A DNA stretch of 64,000 bases, taken from positions 744,001-808,000 of the forward strand of contig OZ024761.1 of assembly GCA_964016885.1 (NCBI GenBank). The letters are read 5' to 3'. The position numbers were made by a program, and so were the translations under genes. The notes beneath the pieces are model-generated. The model was given only the letters and a program-made list of their open reading frames with translations. It made no database searches and had not been told where the DNA came from. This DNA is from Eledone cirrhosa (taxonomy: Eukaryota). Below are positions 42,570 to 57,667 of the stretch, one piece after another (the stretch's first letter is position 1; each line of letters starts with the position of its first letter).

Positions 42570-43577
42570 GTTCTACAGATAAGTGAGGCAAGTTCTACAG
42601 ATAAGTGAGGCAAGTTCTACAGATAAGTGAGGCAAGTTCTACAAATAAGAAAGGCAAACTCTACAGATAGGAGAGGCAAACTCTACAGATAAAAGAGGCA
42701 AACTCTACAGATAGGAGAGGCAAACTCTACAGATAAGAGAGGCAAACTCTACAGATAAGAGAGGCAAACTCTACAGATAGGAGAGGCAAGTTCTACAGAT
42801 AAGAGAGGCAAGCTCTACAAATAAGAGAGGCAAACTCTACAGATAAGAGAGGCAAGTTCTACAGATAAGAGAGGCAAGTTCTACAGATAAGAGAGGCAAA
42901 CTCTACAGATAAGAGAGGCAAGCTCTACAGATAAGAGAGGCAAACTCTACAGGTAAGTGAGGCAAGCTCTACAGATAAGTGAGGCAAGTTCTACAGATAA
43001 GAGAGGCAAGTTCTACAAATAAGAGAGGCAAGTTCTACAGATAAGAGAGGCAAGTTCTACAGATAAGAGAGGCAAACTCTATAGATAAGAGAGGCAAACT
43101 CTATAGATAAGAGAGGCAAACTCTACAGATAAGAGAGGCAAGCTCTACAGATAAGAAGGGCAAACTCTACAGATAAGAAAGGCAAGCTCTTCAGATAAGA
43201 GGGGCAAGCTCTACAGATAATAGGGGCAAGCTCTACAGATAAGAGAGGCAAACTCTACAAATAAGAGAGGCAAACTCTACAAATAAGAGAGGCAAACTCT
43301 ACAAATAAGAGAGGCAAACTCTACAAATAAGAGAGGCAAACTCTACAGATAAGAGAGGCAAGCTCTACAAATAAGAGAGGCAAGCTCTAGAGATAAGAGA
43401 GGCAAGTTCTACAAATAAGTGAGGCAAATTCTACAAATAAGTGAGGCAAACTCTACAGATAAGAGAGGCAAACTCTACAGATAAGAGAGGCAAACTCTAC
43501 AAATAAGAGAGGCAAACTCTACAAATAAGTGAGGCAAACTCTACAGATAAGAGAGGCAAGTTCTACAGATAAGTGAG
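42568..43577. repeat. 22-bp minisatellite, about 46 copies
   Basis: ctacagataagagaggcaaact. Confidence 0.97.
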
Positions 43578-43825
43578 CAAAGTTTTACAAACAAGACAAA
43601 ATCTTTCAAACTGATGCACAGAAATGTTACCGGAGAAATAAAGAAACTCCAGTGGAGATTAAGTAACCACCTAACATGAACAAGGTTCAACAATTCTGAG
43701 AAAATGTATGGTGCAATGAAAAAGAAATGGAAGCTGAATAGATTAGTAGGGAAATAGACAGAATGAGAGATATTAACCATTAGGAGTGGCAAGAAATAGA
43801 GCTATGAGAGATAAATAATAATAAT

Positions 43826-44210
43826 AATTGTAGATGTAGCCTGCCCATTTGACACGAGATTGCAAGAAAAGGAGAAGGAGAAAATTAACCGATGCCAGGA
43901 TTTAAAGTGGGAGTTAAAAAGGATTTGGGACTGCCATGAGACCAAGGTTGTCCTGATTGTCATAGGAGCACTAGGTACTATCTCAAAGAGTTTTCAAGGA
44001 TGGTTAAAGAAGTTTAGTCTAGCCCCGTTTTTTGGAACACTTCAAAAGGCATACTTGCTGGGAACAGCAAGAACCCTCCGATACCTCCTGAATATCTGAG
44101 GCTGCAGGTAGCGGCTTGATGGTCATTTGAACAAACTTTCCAGTTAAATAACATCACTGACTGAGACTCAAAGAATAATAACACCAACAACAACAACAAT
44201 AATAATAATA
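43826..44210 (+). mobile_element. R4/Dong-like RLE retrotransposon 3' fragment in (TAA)n
   Basis: IVDVACPFD...EKEKINRCQDLKWELKRIW...IVIGALG...LQKAYLLGTARTLR; TAA repeats on both sides. Confidence 0.85.
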
Positions 44211-44754
44211 ATTGTTTCTACTTTTGGCACAAGGCCAGTAACCACCCCAGTGTATTACTGGTACTTTATTTTATCGACCCCGTAAGGATGAAAGGCAAAA
44301 TTAAGCTTAGCAGGATTTGAACTCAGAACGTAAAGGGATGTTACTATGCAGTAAAGCATGGCTTCCGATCCTCTACCGATACTGCCACCCCACCGCTTAA
44401 TAATAATAATAATAATAATAAAAAGACAGGTCAGAGCTAACCCCTAAACAAGCTAATCAAAATGCAAGAATTTTTTTATCTCTTTCTCAAGGTGACCTAA
44501 TCATCAATATAAACAAAATGAAATAAAAAAATTAAATGAAATAAAATAAAAAAAATATATGAAATAATAAAAACAAAAAGGGAAGTGAATGAAATATAAA
44601 CAAGTTGTATTTCATAATTAGGAAGAAGAGAGCAGTATATGGTGATGGCAGTGGTGGTGGTTGTGATGATAATGATTATAGTGGTGATGATGATTATGGT
44701 AATAGTTGTGATGAAGTCGATATTGTAATATACACATATATATATATATATACA

Positions 44755-45290
44755 TAAACGGAAAAAATGAAACGAAATTTCATTTCTCACTCTTAGTACG
44801 GCTGTTACTTAAATATAAGTATGTATACGTACATACATATATGTATACAGACGTACAGTAGTATGTATATATATATACATACATGCACACATATATATAT
44901 GTACGTATGGATTCACCGAACATTTATTATAATGCTCGGTGTGTTTGTAAACAAACATCCCGTAAACAAACAGCCGTTAATATGCATAAGGAAAGTATAT
45001 ACTTTCAGACGTTCAACCATCTGGCAGGAAGGTATACGTTGCTGACGATAGCTAATAAGCTTGAAACTAGTACAGCGTTGCTTTGTCAGTGTTGAACAAA
45101 TGAGCAACGATGGTTGCTAGACACTGTACGGCTTAATTCGGGATGTTTGTTTACAAACACACCGAGCATTATAATAAGTGTTCGGTGAATCCATACGTAC
45201 ATATATATATGTGTGCATGTATGTATATATATATACATACTACTGTACGTCTGTATACATATATGTATGTACGTATACATACTTATATAT
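44755..45290 (+). mobile_element. Penelope pLTR/retrozyme-like element: inverted arms of about 148 bp around a hammerhead
   Basis: 44815-44962 is the reverse complement of 45139-45286; (TA)n flanks. Confidence 0.75.
45036..45078 (+). ncRNA. Minimal type I hammerhead ribozyme
   Basis: acguug CUGACGA u-agcu-aaua-agcu-u GAAA cuag UA cagcgu; palindromic ACUAGU stem III. Confidence 0.85.
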
Positions 45291-45316
45291 ATATATATAC
45301 ATACATACATACATAC

Positions 45317-45365
<49 letters not shown>

Positions 45366-45411
45366 GTAATGGATTCTTCCATTGATTTCAACATGAGCGT
45401 CCATGCATATA

Positions 45412-45690
45412 TATCTAGGACGGGTAAAATTCCCGAGATCCATGGACGAGTTCTCTCCAGCGGTCTCTGTCCCTCATTATCACTGCCATGTCCTCAAAAG
45501 TGACACAGAGGAGACTGAGGTTAGCTGGACATGCTCACCGACATCTAGAGTTGACACTGCACTCAGTGCTCCTGTGGGAGCCCCTGCATGGACACACTGG
45601 AAGAGGAAGACCAAGGTTAACGTATGTTGATGCCCTAAGGACAGACACTGGTCTGTTGGAGACGCAGGACATGGCAGCGATGATGAGGGA
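45412..45690. mobile_element. Internally inverted RTE-like LINE 3' fragment
   Basis: [16 protein letters not shown]...[12 protein letters not shown] on plus; the element 3' end is on minus at 45412-45493. Confidence 0.8.
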
Positions 45691-46019
45691 TATATATATA
45701 TGTCCCGGGTTCAATTGGGTGAATACATTAAGTAAGGTACTCAATACATTTGTAGAGTGTAAACAAGAAATTTAATATAGAAATGGCTTAGTAACCAGAT
45801 GGATTGAAAGAAAAACTATGTATAAGAGGAATTTGATGTTGCATGCAAGAGAGTAGACTGCACTGGTATGGACATGTGATATGGAATATGTACAGATGAT
45901 GATTGCTGAGTGCAGGAACATCAGAAGTTCCAAGTGGAAAGAAACCACAGACTAGGAAGGCTGAGGAAGACCTTGCCAGAAATGAATGGTGAGAGCTGAT
46001 CTCAGGGCATTGAACCTCT

Positions 46020-47300
46020 TAACACTACTTCTGCCACCACCAACACTACCACTACCACCTTTACAACTACCACCACTAATACTACTAACACTACCTCTGC
46101 CACTACCACCACCTCTACAACTACCAACCACCACTGCCACTATCACCAACACCACCACCACCATTACCACCAACACGACCACCACCACCACCACTAATAC
46201 TACTAACACTACCTCTGTCACAAACACTACCACCACCTCTACAACAACGAACTGCCACTACCACCACCAACACCTTTACAACTACCACCACCACCACCAC
46301 CACTAATACTACCTCTGCCACCTCTACAACAACGAACTGCCACTACTACCACCACCACTACCGCTACCACCAACAACACAACCACCACCACCACTACCAC
46401 TAATACTACTAACACTACCTCTGCCACCACCACTACCACCACCTCTACAACAACAACTGCTACTACCACCACCACCACCACCACCACCGCCACCATTACC
46501 ACTACCTCTACAACAACACAACCACCACCACCATTACCACTAATACTACTAACACTACCTCTGCCACCACCACTACCACCACCTCTACAACAACTGCCAC
46601 TACCACCACTACCACCACCACCTTTACAACTACCACCACCACTACCACTAATACTACTAACACTACCTCTGCCACCACCACTACAACTACCACCACCACC
46701 ACCACCACCACCACTAATACTACTAACACTACCTCTGCCACCACCACTACCTCTACAACTACCACCACCATCACTACCACTAATACTACTAACACTACCT
46801 CTACCACCACCACCACCACCACCATTACCACCACCACCACCACCACCACTATTACCACTACCACCAAACATCATGGCTGACATTATTCTGTTCCCTCTAA
46901 ACCTACCCACCCCTCCTTTGCTGTGTTAATTACTGTTGTTGATGTTGTTGTTGTTGTCAGTGGTTATATTTTTTCTCATTGTTTTCTAATAATTCAAAAC
47001 AGATAAGACTTTATAAAGGTTCTTCATCTAAGAGAAGAGAAGCAAATGTTATGTAGGGTATGGTAAACTATAACTACTACTACTACTACTACTACTACTA
47101 CAATAAATACAACTACTACAACTACTACTACTACTACTACAATAAATACAACTGCAACTACTACTACTACTACTACTACTATAAATACAACTACAACTAC
47201 TACTACAACAACAATAACTACTACAACAACTACTACAACTACAACAACAAACAATAATTACAACAACAACTACAACAAACAACAAAAACAGAGAAAACAT
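46020..47300. repeat. (CCA/CTA/CAA)n low-complexity tracts
   Basis: Direct inspection. Confidence 0.9.
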
Positions 47301-47994
47301 TAAAAAATAATTGTTTCTACTTTAGGCACAAGGCCAGCAATTCACCAGTGTATTACTGGTACTTTATTTTATCGACCCCGTAAGGATGAAAGGCAAAGTC
47401 AACCTCGGCAGGATTTGAACTCAGATCGTAAAGGGACGTAACTATGCTGGAAAGCATGGCGTCCGACCCTCTACCAATACTGCCAATCCACCACCATTAA
47501 AAAATTAAAAAACATTGAAAAACATTAAAAAATAATAAATAAAAATGAAAAATACAAAATCAATTTTTTTAAAAAAAAATGTTTCAGGAAGAAACAAAGA
47601 AAACAAAGAATATGCTAAAGGAGAGATTTTGGTCTTCTATTAGACATTATCACCTTATATATATATATATATATATATCTTTGTGTGTCTCTCTCTCTGT
47701 CCCTCTCTTTCTCTCTCTCCCTCTCTCTGTCTCTGTGTGTCGCTCTCTCCCTCTCCCCTCTCTGTCTGTCTCTCCCTCCTCACCCTCCCTATTTCTCCCC
47801 CCCCCCCCCCCGCACGATATAGAATGAGTTCAGCTTTGGGCTATTTTCTTTTTTTTTTTTATTAATATCGAGAGAGATTATTTACTTATATTACAGAAAC
47901 CAAAGAAATTCTATTAATTTACATATTAATTTACAGGGGAAAGAAGAAATTTAAAAAAATAATAGTAATAACTAAAAATAATAATTTTTAAAAA

Positions 47995-48375
47995 ATGTCT
48001 TCTCATTGATGTATCATCAATCCCAAATGACAACATTTCTACCAAGGAAATGGAGAAACTCTCCAAATATAAAGATCTAGAGTTAGACATAGCCTGAATG
48101 TGGATGTTGAAGAGAGAAAAAATACCTGTAATTATAGGTGTTCTGGGAATGATGAAAAGCAGGCAGACAGATACGTAACCCAAACCACAGGACTTACAAA
48201 TATATACAGCATACATAAGATAGTACTACTAGGCACTGCACCCATATTACGAAAAGTACAATCAATACAACAGAACAAATACCACCAAAAACCACACTGC
48301 ACATAGCCAAGGCGCACAGAGCTGTGCTCGGTAATGCAGTGATAACGCACAAAATAATAATAATAATAATGATAA
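47995..48375 (+). mobile_element. Degenerate R4/Dong-like 3' fragment
   Basis: CLLIDVS...KEMEKLSKYKDLE...IPVIIGVLG...KIVLLGTAPILRKV; (TAA)n tail. Confidence 0.8.
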
Positions 48376-50523
48376 TAATGGTTTTTTATATAGACACAAG
48401 GCCAGCAATTTTGGGGGAGGGGAGAGTCGATTAAATCAACCCAAGTGCATGACTGGTACTTTATTTTATCGATCCCGTAAGGATGAAAGGCAAAGTTAAC
48501 TTCGGCGGGATTTGAACTCAGAATGGCAAGGGCTGTAACTCTATGCATCAAAGCATGGCGTCCAACCCTCTACCGATACTGCCAATCCACTGCCATAATG
48601 ATAATAATAACAAATCATTTTGAGTAAAGTTTTTGTTTCACAACTCTATTACTTAATGATTTTTTACCAATTTCCAACAGTTTAGAAGGCCTGCCCAGAG
48701 GGATGTCTTGTACTCTCAGCTACTTCACACCATGAAACCAGGCTAAGCACTGGCTTGCTAAGCCTCCAGGCTTGAGACTCACTTTAGACAACACTTTAGA
48801 TATACTAGCAGAAAACCACCCGGAGGGTGGTTTTCTGCTAGCATGTGTAGTGTGCATATTGATATTATACGCAAGTATATATGCATGCAGATATGATACA
48901 TCAAATAAAATCCTAATTGACAATATACACAGACATTGAACAAAGACTGCGTTACACTCTCTCTTATGTAATCAGTAACGTAATCCATGATACATTAAAA
49001 CAAGACGATATTATATATAAACTGCATTAGGAGAAAATTAGTGACGGAAATATATGAATGTTTATTTAAGCGATCGCTAACCGGAAGTGTTGACATTTGA
49101 AAATTTTAAAGAAGTGAATCTTTAAATAAGCTATAAAATATATTTAATCAACAGCTACGATATTTAGTAGATAGATTATGTAATATTCATTCATTATTTA
49201 TTCAAAGTAATCCAGCTTATTTTACTAACTGGATTAAAAAAAATAAACTGTATGCAGTCCTGCAGTCCTTACTTTATTATAGTTTAGATTGGACAATGAA
49301 AAAGTACCTAGTCCAACCTGTCAGTTGGTCATTTTAGTACCAAGAAAAAAAAATACCACCTAGTCCATGCAGCAAATGTGGAAGGTAATACCATCTTAGA
49401 AACCAAGCCAGAAACAGTTCTGTATGAACAAGCAAACGATGAAACATGGTCACCTGATCTGACTTGTCTCACAACAGGACAACTCGTTTAACCCACTCTA
49501 GGAAGGGCATCCAGCCATAAAAAACCAGCCAGAAACTGCCATATGTGCGACCTAACTTGCCTCTAAATGGGACAAACCTGTCTCACCCAAGCTAGCGTGG
49601 AAGATGGACGTTAAACGATGATGATATATATCGTCGTCGTCGTCGTCGTCGTCATCATCGTTTAACGTCCATCTTCCATGCTTGCATGGGTTTGGACGGG
49701 AATTTTCCCACTTGAGGCAAGATGGTTGTCATATATATATTAAAATAACAGATTAAAGTCTAAGCAAAGAATCGCTGCTTTCACCCTTAACGGGATCTTG
49801 AATATAAGTCAATAGAGTGCTCAACCGAGGGAGCCAAATAGTAATAATAATAAATTTGAAGACTAAAATCCAAAGAGGGCTCGATATATATATATATGAG
49901 GAGGAGCAAATTCATGTAAGGATAAAAATATACCTATACAAATAATTTCCTAATTTTAATTTGTTGTTGTTGTTGTACAAATTGGGTTGTTTACTGAACT
50001 CTTTAGGGAGGAGGGATGGGCTTGAAGAGGATGATGGTAGCAGAGAGATGTGGAGATGGAAGAGGACAGGAAAGAGAAAAGAGGAGTGGTGTTTATCCGG
50101 GTGACTTAGAAAGAAAGTGTAAGGAAATATTTAATATATAAACAGAGAAGTGTGCATACGTATGCGTGTTTGGGTGTGGGTGGGTGCAGAGGAGGGGGAG
50201 GTCCCCGGCTGTCTGTCTGTGTGTCTGTAATAGTTCTTATCTTGTTATAACCAGTAAATTTTTTTTTTTTTTTTTTTTTTTTTTTGCATCCCTTCCAAAT
50301 ATGGATAGAATAAACAAGGTGTTGCAAAGCACCGAGACAAATAGAGCATGACACAGCAGGGAGGGAGGGGAAGGGGTCATTGTTTGAGAGGGATAGATGG
50401 GGGATTTAGATATATATATATAGAGAGAGAGAGAGTGAGAGAGAGAGAGAGAGAGAGTGAGAGAGAGAGAGAGAGCAGAGAGAGAGTGAGCAGAGAGGCT
50501 AGTAGATAAGATAGAGATTAGAT

Positions 50524-50562
<39 letters not shown>

Positions 50563-51244
50563 GAGGGGGCATAAATTAGGTAGAGCGAGTGAAGTGACAG
50601 AAACAGAGAGAGGGGAGAGAGTTAAAGGGACATAGATAGAAATAGAGAGAGAAGGGGTGGGTGGGTGAGCTCCTTAAAATAGCAAGCCAGTGATTGGCCC
50701 TAATCTGGGCGTTCTGGTTATGATAAACATGCAAAGCCCTTAACAGGAAAGTAACCAACAGTGATGAGGGTTTTATATGTAGAATAACAGCCAGCCTGCC
50801 TGCTCACCTTTTCCAAGTATGCCTGTCTATCTTTAAAAGGAATAATTTGGAAGGTGAGTGAAAAAAAGAAAAAAGAAAATTCTTTTTAAATTGTTTTGAA
50901 TTGTCAAATCCTGACAACCTCTCTAGCACTGGTGCTATGATAAAATGCACCCAATACACCCTGCAAAATGTTACTGCTGGTTCCAAGATAAAATGCACCC
51001 GGTACACTCTGTAAAGAGTTAATGCTGGTGCCATGATAAAATGCACACAAGACACCCTGTAAAGAGTTAATGCTGGTTCCAAGATAAAATGCACCCGGTA
51101 CACTCTGTATAGTGACTGGCGAATGAGCAGAAACAATATAGAGAAGAGAGGACTTTCTAGTCTGACAGAGCATATGGTAATCTCTTTAGTGCTGATGCAC
51201 TCAGTACACTCTGTAAAGGGCATAAATACAAAGAACTAACAATG

Positions 51245-52372
51245 TGTGATGTTAGTTGCCTAACAACATGCTGTAAGCTACCTAACAACCGATGTTGTTA
51301 GCTACATGACAAGCTGTATTAGCTACCTGACAACAAGCGTTGTTAGCTACTTGACATGTGTTGTTAGCTACCTGACGAATGTTGTTAGCTACATGACAAC
51401 AAGCAATATTAGCTACCTGACAACGAGCATTGTTAGCTACCTAACAACGAACGATATTAGCTACCTGACGAGCGATGTTAGGTACCTGACAACGACCGTT
51501 GTTAGCTACCTGACAACGAGTGCTGTTAGCTACCTGACAACAAGCGATATTAGCTACCTGACAACGAGCGTCGTTAGCTACCTGACAATGAGGGTTGTTA
51601 GCTACCTGACAATGAGGGTTGTTAGCTACCTGACAACGAGGGTTATTAGCTACCTGACAACGAGCGTTGTTAGCTACCTGACAACAAGCGATATTAGCTA
51701 CCTGACAATGAGGGTTGTTAGCTACCTGACAACGAGGGTCATTAGCTACCTGACAACGAGGGTCATTAGCTACCTGACAATGAGCATTGTTAGCTACCTG
51801 ACAACGAGGGTCATTAGCTACCTGACAACGAGGGTCATTAGCTACCTGACAACGAGGGTCATTAGCTACCTGACAACGAGGGTCATTAGCTACCTGACAA
51901 TGAGCATTGTTAGCTACCTGACAATGAGCGTCATTAGCTACCTGACAACGAGGGTCATTAGCTACCTGACAACGAGGGTCATTAGCTACCTGACAATGAG
52001 GGTTATTAGCTACCTGACAACGAGTGTTGTTAGCTACCTGACAACGAGGGTCATTAGCTACCTGACAACGAGGGTTATTATCTACCTGACAATGAGCATT
52101 GTTAGCTACCTGACAATGAGCATTGTTAGCTACCTGACAATAAGTGATATTAGCTACCTGACAATGAGGGTTGTTAGCTACCTGACAATGAGGGTTGTTA
52201 GCTACCTGACGAGCGTTGTTAGCTACCTGACAACGAGTGTTGTTAGCTAACTGACAACGAGCATTGTTAGCTACCTGACAATGAGGGTTATTAGCTACCT
52301 GACAATGAGCATTGTTAGCTAACTGACAACTTGCATTACTAACTACCTGACAAACATTGTTAGCTACCCAAC
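51245..52372. repeat. 24-bp minisatellite, about 46 copies
   Basis: gttattagctacctgacaacgagg; 8-aa period in ORFs on both strands. Confidence 0.97.
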
Positions 52373-52399
52373 AACACAAACACAAAGAATACTTCTTAC

Positions 52400-52503
52400 C
52401 TTTCTGACTTCAGTGCAAATTCTAACATTTTTATTCTTCGTACTAAGTCTTGTTTCAGATTTTCTTGACCTTTTCGTTCCCCTTGTAAAAATGCTATCCG
52501 GGC
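52400..52503 (-). CDS. STRN3: Striatin-family gene, internal exon (probably exon 2), coiled-coil domain
   Basis: ttccag|GCC...GAAAG|gtaaga; 104 nt; ARIAFLQGERKGQENLKQDLVRRIKMLEFALKSER matches the conserved striatin coiled coil. Paralog label is nominal (invertebrates usually have one striatin/Cka). Confidence 0.97.
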
Positions 52504-53423
52504 CTGGAAGATAAAATTGAGATAAATATAAATATAAATATACAGATGACACATTTTAAATTTCTGCAAGAAGGGAAAATATACATTGAATGATGATGGT
52601 GGTGGTGGTGGTGGTGGTGGTGGTGGTGGTGGTGGTTGTGATGGTGATGGTGTTGGAGGTGGTTGTGGGGAGGATGATGGTGGAAATGATGGATACACCA
52701 TGCCAGATGTGTAGGTAGATGTATGATTGGATGGATGGATACACCAGGCCAGATGTGTAGGTAGATGAATGGATGGATGGGTGGATACACCATGCCAGAT
52801 GTGTAGGTGTATGATTGGATGTATGGATACACCATGCTAGATGTGTAGGTGGATGGATAGATGGATGTATGGATGGATACATCATGCCAGATGTGTAGAT
52901 GGATGGATAGATGAATACACCATGCCAGATGTGTAGGCAGATGCACAGATGCTAGCAGTTGTGTAGGCAGATGCTCGAATGAAAGGATAAATGTTGAGTT
53001 CACCAACATTAGCACCAACATGGTATGTGTAAAGCTATAAATGGTGCTTTAAAAAGTCCCCACCCACCCCAAACAAAAGATGGGGGGTGGGACGTTTTAA
53101 TAACAAAACAAATAAATAAATAACAAAGAAAGAAAGAAATGAAGATGGTAGTAAATAAATGAATGTGGAGGTTGTAGTTTGATATGAGCAGATGGTAAAT
53201 GGGAGAAGATTGAGATGTTCCCAGTAATGTCTGTCTAAAACATGACAACCGTAGTAAACATACTAGATAGAATATACAGAAACAGCTGGGAGACAGGCAG
53301 ACAGGGAGAGAGGGTGGCATATATATATATACATACATATATATATATATACACATATATATACACATATATATATAGTCCTAGAAACGATCGTTAAATA
53401 ATGAACTTTTTTTGTTTAATATA

Positions 53424-54030
53424 AGGACACGTGATGCGCATGAAAGTCGATAGCTGTATAACAAAGTGCAGGGCAATAAAGATAGACGGTAGTCACGGAA
53501 TAGGCAGACCTAGAAAAACCTGGGACGAGCTGATAAACTCCGACATCACACACTTACACCTCTCCAAGACAATGTCACTGGACCGAGACCTTTGGCGGTA
53601 CTCAGTAACAGAGAAGACCCGCCTTACCTAAATATATAGTAAAACCTACTCCAGCCAGTAGGCATCCCTAACAAAATACACCCCGTCCCACCACCCCCAC
53701 CCCTACCCCATCCACACCACCACTTTCTATGTAAAGTTATGTTGGTGCCGCGCCATCGAGGCCGAAACAAATGAGATCGTGTAGGTGTCACGACAAAAAA
53801 ACACACAGTCCACGCTGTAATGTGGCCGTGTAGGCAACACGGTAAAAACCTCCCAGACCCACACTGTAAAAGTGGTTGGTGTTAGGAAGGGCATCCAACT
53901 GTAGAAAACCTGCCAGACAGTCCTATGCGAGCAAGACAATCACTCTTGCCTCAAGTGGGACTACCCCCGTCCAAACCCATGCAAGCGTGGAACACGGACG
54001 TTAAACGTTGATGATGATGATGATGATGAT
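53424..54030 (+). mobile_element. 5'-truncated RTE LINE (second subfamily)
   Basis: GHVMRMKVDSCITKCR...GRPRKTWDEL plus 3' UTR and (GAT)n. Confidence 0.88.
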
Positions 54031-54077
54031 AAGGAACTGTTTCATTGTTTTATTCATTATTTTTTTAATATTTTTTA

Positions 54078-54157
<80 letters not shown>

Positions 54158-54159
54158 TA

Positions 54160-54461
54160 TATCTCTAAGGCGGGTAAAATTCCCGAGATCCATGGACGAG
54201 TTCTCGCCAGCGGTCTCTGTCCCTCATTATCGCTGCCATGTCCTGCGTCTCCAACAGACCAGTATCTGAGGATGAAAAACTCAGAGCTGTATGGGAGCAT
54301 CCCAAAAGTCAGCTCAAAAGTGACACAGAGGAGACTGAGGTTAGCTGGACATGCTCACCGACATCCAGAGTTGACATTGCACTCAGTGCTCCTTTGGGAG
54401 CCCCTACATGGACACACTAGAAGAGGAAGACCAAGGTTAACGTATGTTGATGCCCTAAGAC
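54160..54461. mobile_element. Internally inverted RTE-like LINE 3' fragment (same family as 45412)
   Basis: Minus-strand 3' end at 54160-54270 joined to plus-strand [23 protein letters not shown]...YVDALR. Confidence 0.8.
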
Positions 54462-54513
54462 ATATATACACACACATATATATATATATATATATACACA
54501 TATATATATACAC

Positions 54514-54544
<31 letters not shown>

Positions 54545-54613
54545 TATATATATATATATACATACATATATACATACACATATATATATATATATATACA
54601 TACATATATACAT

Positions 54614-54652
<39 letters not shown>

Positions 54653-55076
54653 CATATATATATATACACATATATATATACACATATATATAAACACATA
54701 TATATATACACATACATATATTATATATACATACATATATATATATACACATATATATACATACATATATATACAGATATATATATACACACATATATAT
54801 ATATATATACATACATACATATATATACACATATATATATATACACACATATATATACATACATACATACATACATACATACATCCATACATATATATAC
54901 ACATATATATATACACATATATATATACATATATATACATACATACATATATATATACATATATATACATACATATATATATACATATATATACATACAT
55001 ACATATATATATATACACATATATATATATATATATATATACATACATATATATATACATATATATACATACATAC

Positions 55077-55127
<51 letters not shown>

Positions 55128-55169
55128 CATACATATATATACATACATATATAGACATATATATATATA

Positions 55170-55352
55170 TCTCAAGCTGTGACACGCCGCCCAGGCCTTG
55201 CTCTTCCTCTCAACCACATCATCTTCCGTATTCCCAATCTTTGCTCCCAAATACAGGAAGTCCTCAACCAATTCCAGCGCCTTCCCGCCTACATTAGTGA
55301 TCCCCTCTGGCTTCTCAACATTCTCTACCAGATATTTTGTTTTAGTCTCATT
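55170..55352 (-). mobile_element. LINE post-RT fragment
   Basis: NETKTKYLV...[14 protein letters not shown]...[13 protein letters not shown]. Confidence 0.85.
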
Positions 55353-55450
55353 CATACATATATACACATATATACACATATATATATATATACATACATA
55401 TATATATATATACACATATATATATATATATATACATACATACATATATA

Positions 55451-55481
<31 letters not shown>

Positions 55482-55514
55482 ACATATATACACATATATA
55501 TATATATATATACA

Positions 55515-55548
<34 letters not shown>

Positions 55549-55563
55549 AATACATATATATAT

Positions 55564-55624
<61 letters not shown>

Positions 55625-55689
55625 CATATATATATACATACATATATATATACATACATATATATATATATACATACATATATATATAT

Positions 55690-55728
<39 letters not shown>

Positions 55729-55951
55729 CATATATATATATATATATACACATATATATATATATGTATATATACACATATATATATATACACATATATA
55801 TACATATATATATATATATACATACATATATATATATATATATACACATATATATATATACACATATATATACATATATATATATATATACATACATATA
55901 TATATATACACATATATATATATACACATATATATACATATATATATATAT

Positions 55952-55982
<31 letters not shown>

Positions 55983-57015
55983 CATACATATATATACACA
56001 TATATATACATACATATATATATATATACACATATATATATATACGTACATACATATATATATATATATATACATACATACATATATATACACATACATA
56101 TACATATATATACACATATATATATATACGCATATATATATACATACATATATATACACATATATATATATACACATATATATATACAAACGTACATATA
56201 TATACACACATATATATATATACAAACGTACATATATATACACATATATATATATATATATATATACATACATACATACACATATATATACACACATATA
56301 TATACACATATATATACACACATATATATATACACATATATATATAGATATATACATATATATACACATATATATATACACACATATATATATATATATA
56401 TATACATACATATATACACACATATATATATACACACATATATATATATATATACATACATATATACACATATATATATATATATACATACATACACACA
56501 TATATATATATATATACATACATACACACACATATATATATATATACACACACATATATATATATACATACATATATATATATATATATACATACATACA
56601 TATACACATATATATACATACATATATATATATATACATACATACATATATATATATACACATATATATACATACATACATACATATATATACATACATA
56701 CATACATATATATATACACATATATATACATACATACATACATATATATACATACATACATATATATATATACACATATATATACATACATACATATACA
56801 TACATACATATATATATATACACATACATACATATATATATATATATACACATATACACATATATATACACATATACACACATATATATACATATATATA
56901 TACATACATATATATACATATATATACACATATACACACATATATATACATATATATATATATATATACATACATATATATATATATATATATACATACA
57001 TACATATATATACAC

Positions 57016-57066
<51 letters not shown>

Positions 57067-57366
57067 CATACATATACACATATATATACATATATATATA
57101 TATATACATACATACATATACACATATATATACATATATATATATATATATACATACATACATATACACATATATATACATATATATATATATATATACA
57201 TACATACATATACACATATATATACATATATATATATATATATACATACATACATATATATATATGTACACATATATATACATACATACATATATATATA
57301 CATACATACATATATATATACATACATATATATATATACATACATACATATATATATACATACATA

Positions 57367-57412
<46 letters not shown>

Positions 57413-57540
57413 CATACATATATATATATATACATACATACATATATATATACATACATACATATATATACATACATACATATATATACATACATACATA
57501 CATATACATACATACATACATACATACATACATACATACA

Positions 57541-57576
<36 letters not shown>

Positions 57577-57667
57577 TACATACATACATATATATATACA
57601 TACATATATATATATACATACATACATATATATATACATACATATATATATATATACATACATACAC

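Noticed and set aside
42568-43577. CRISPR-like regular array
   Set aside because: Contiguous 22-bp repeats, no unique spacers, eukaryotic intron, no cas genes
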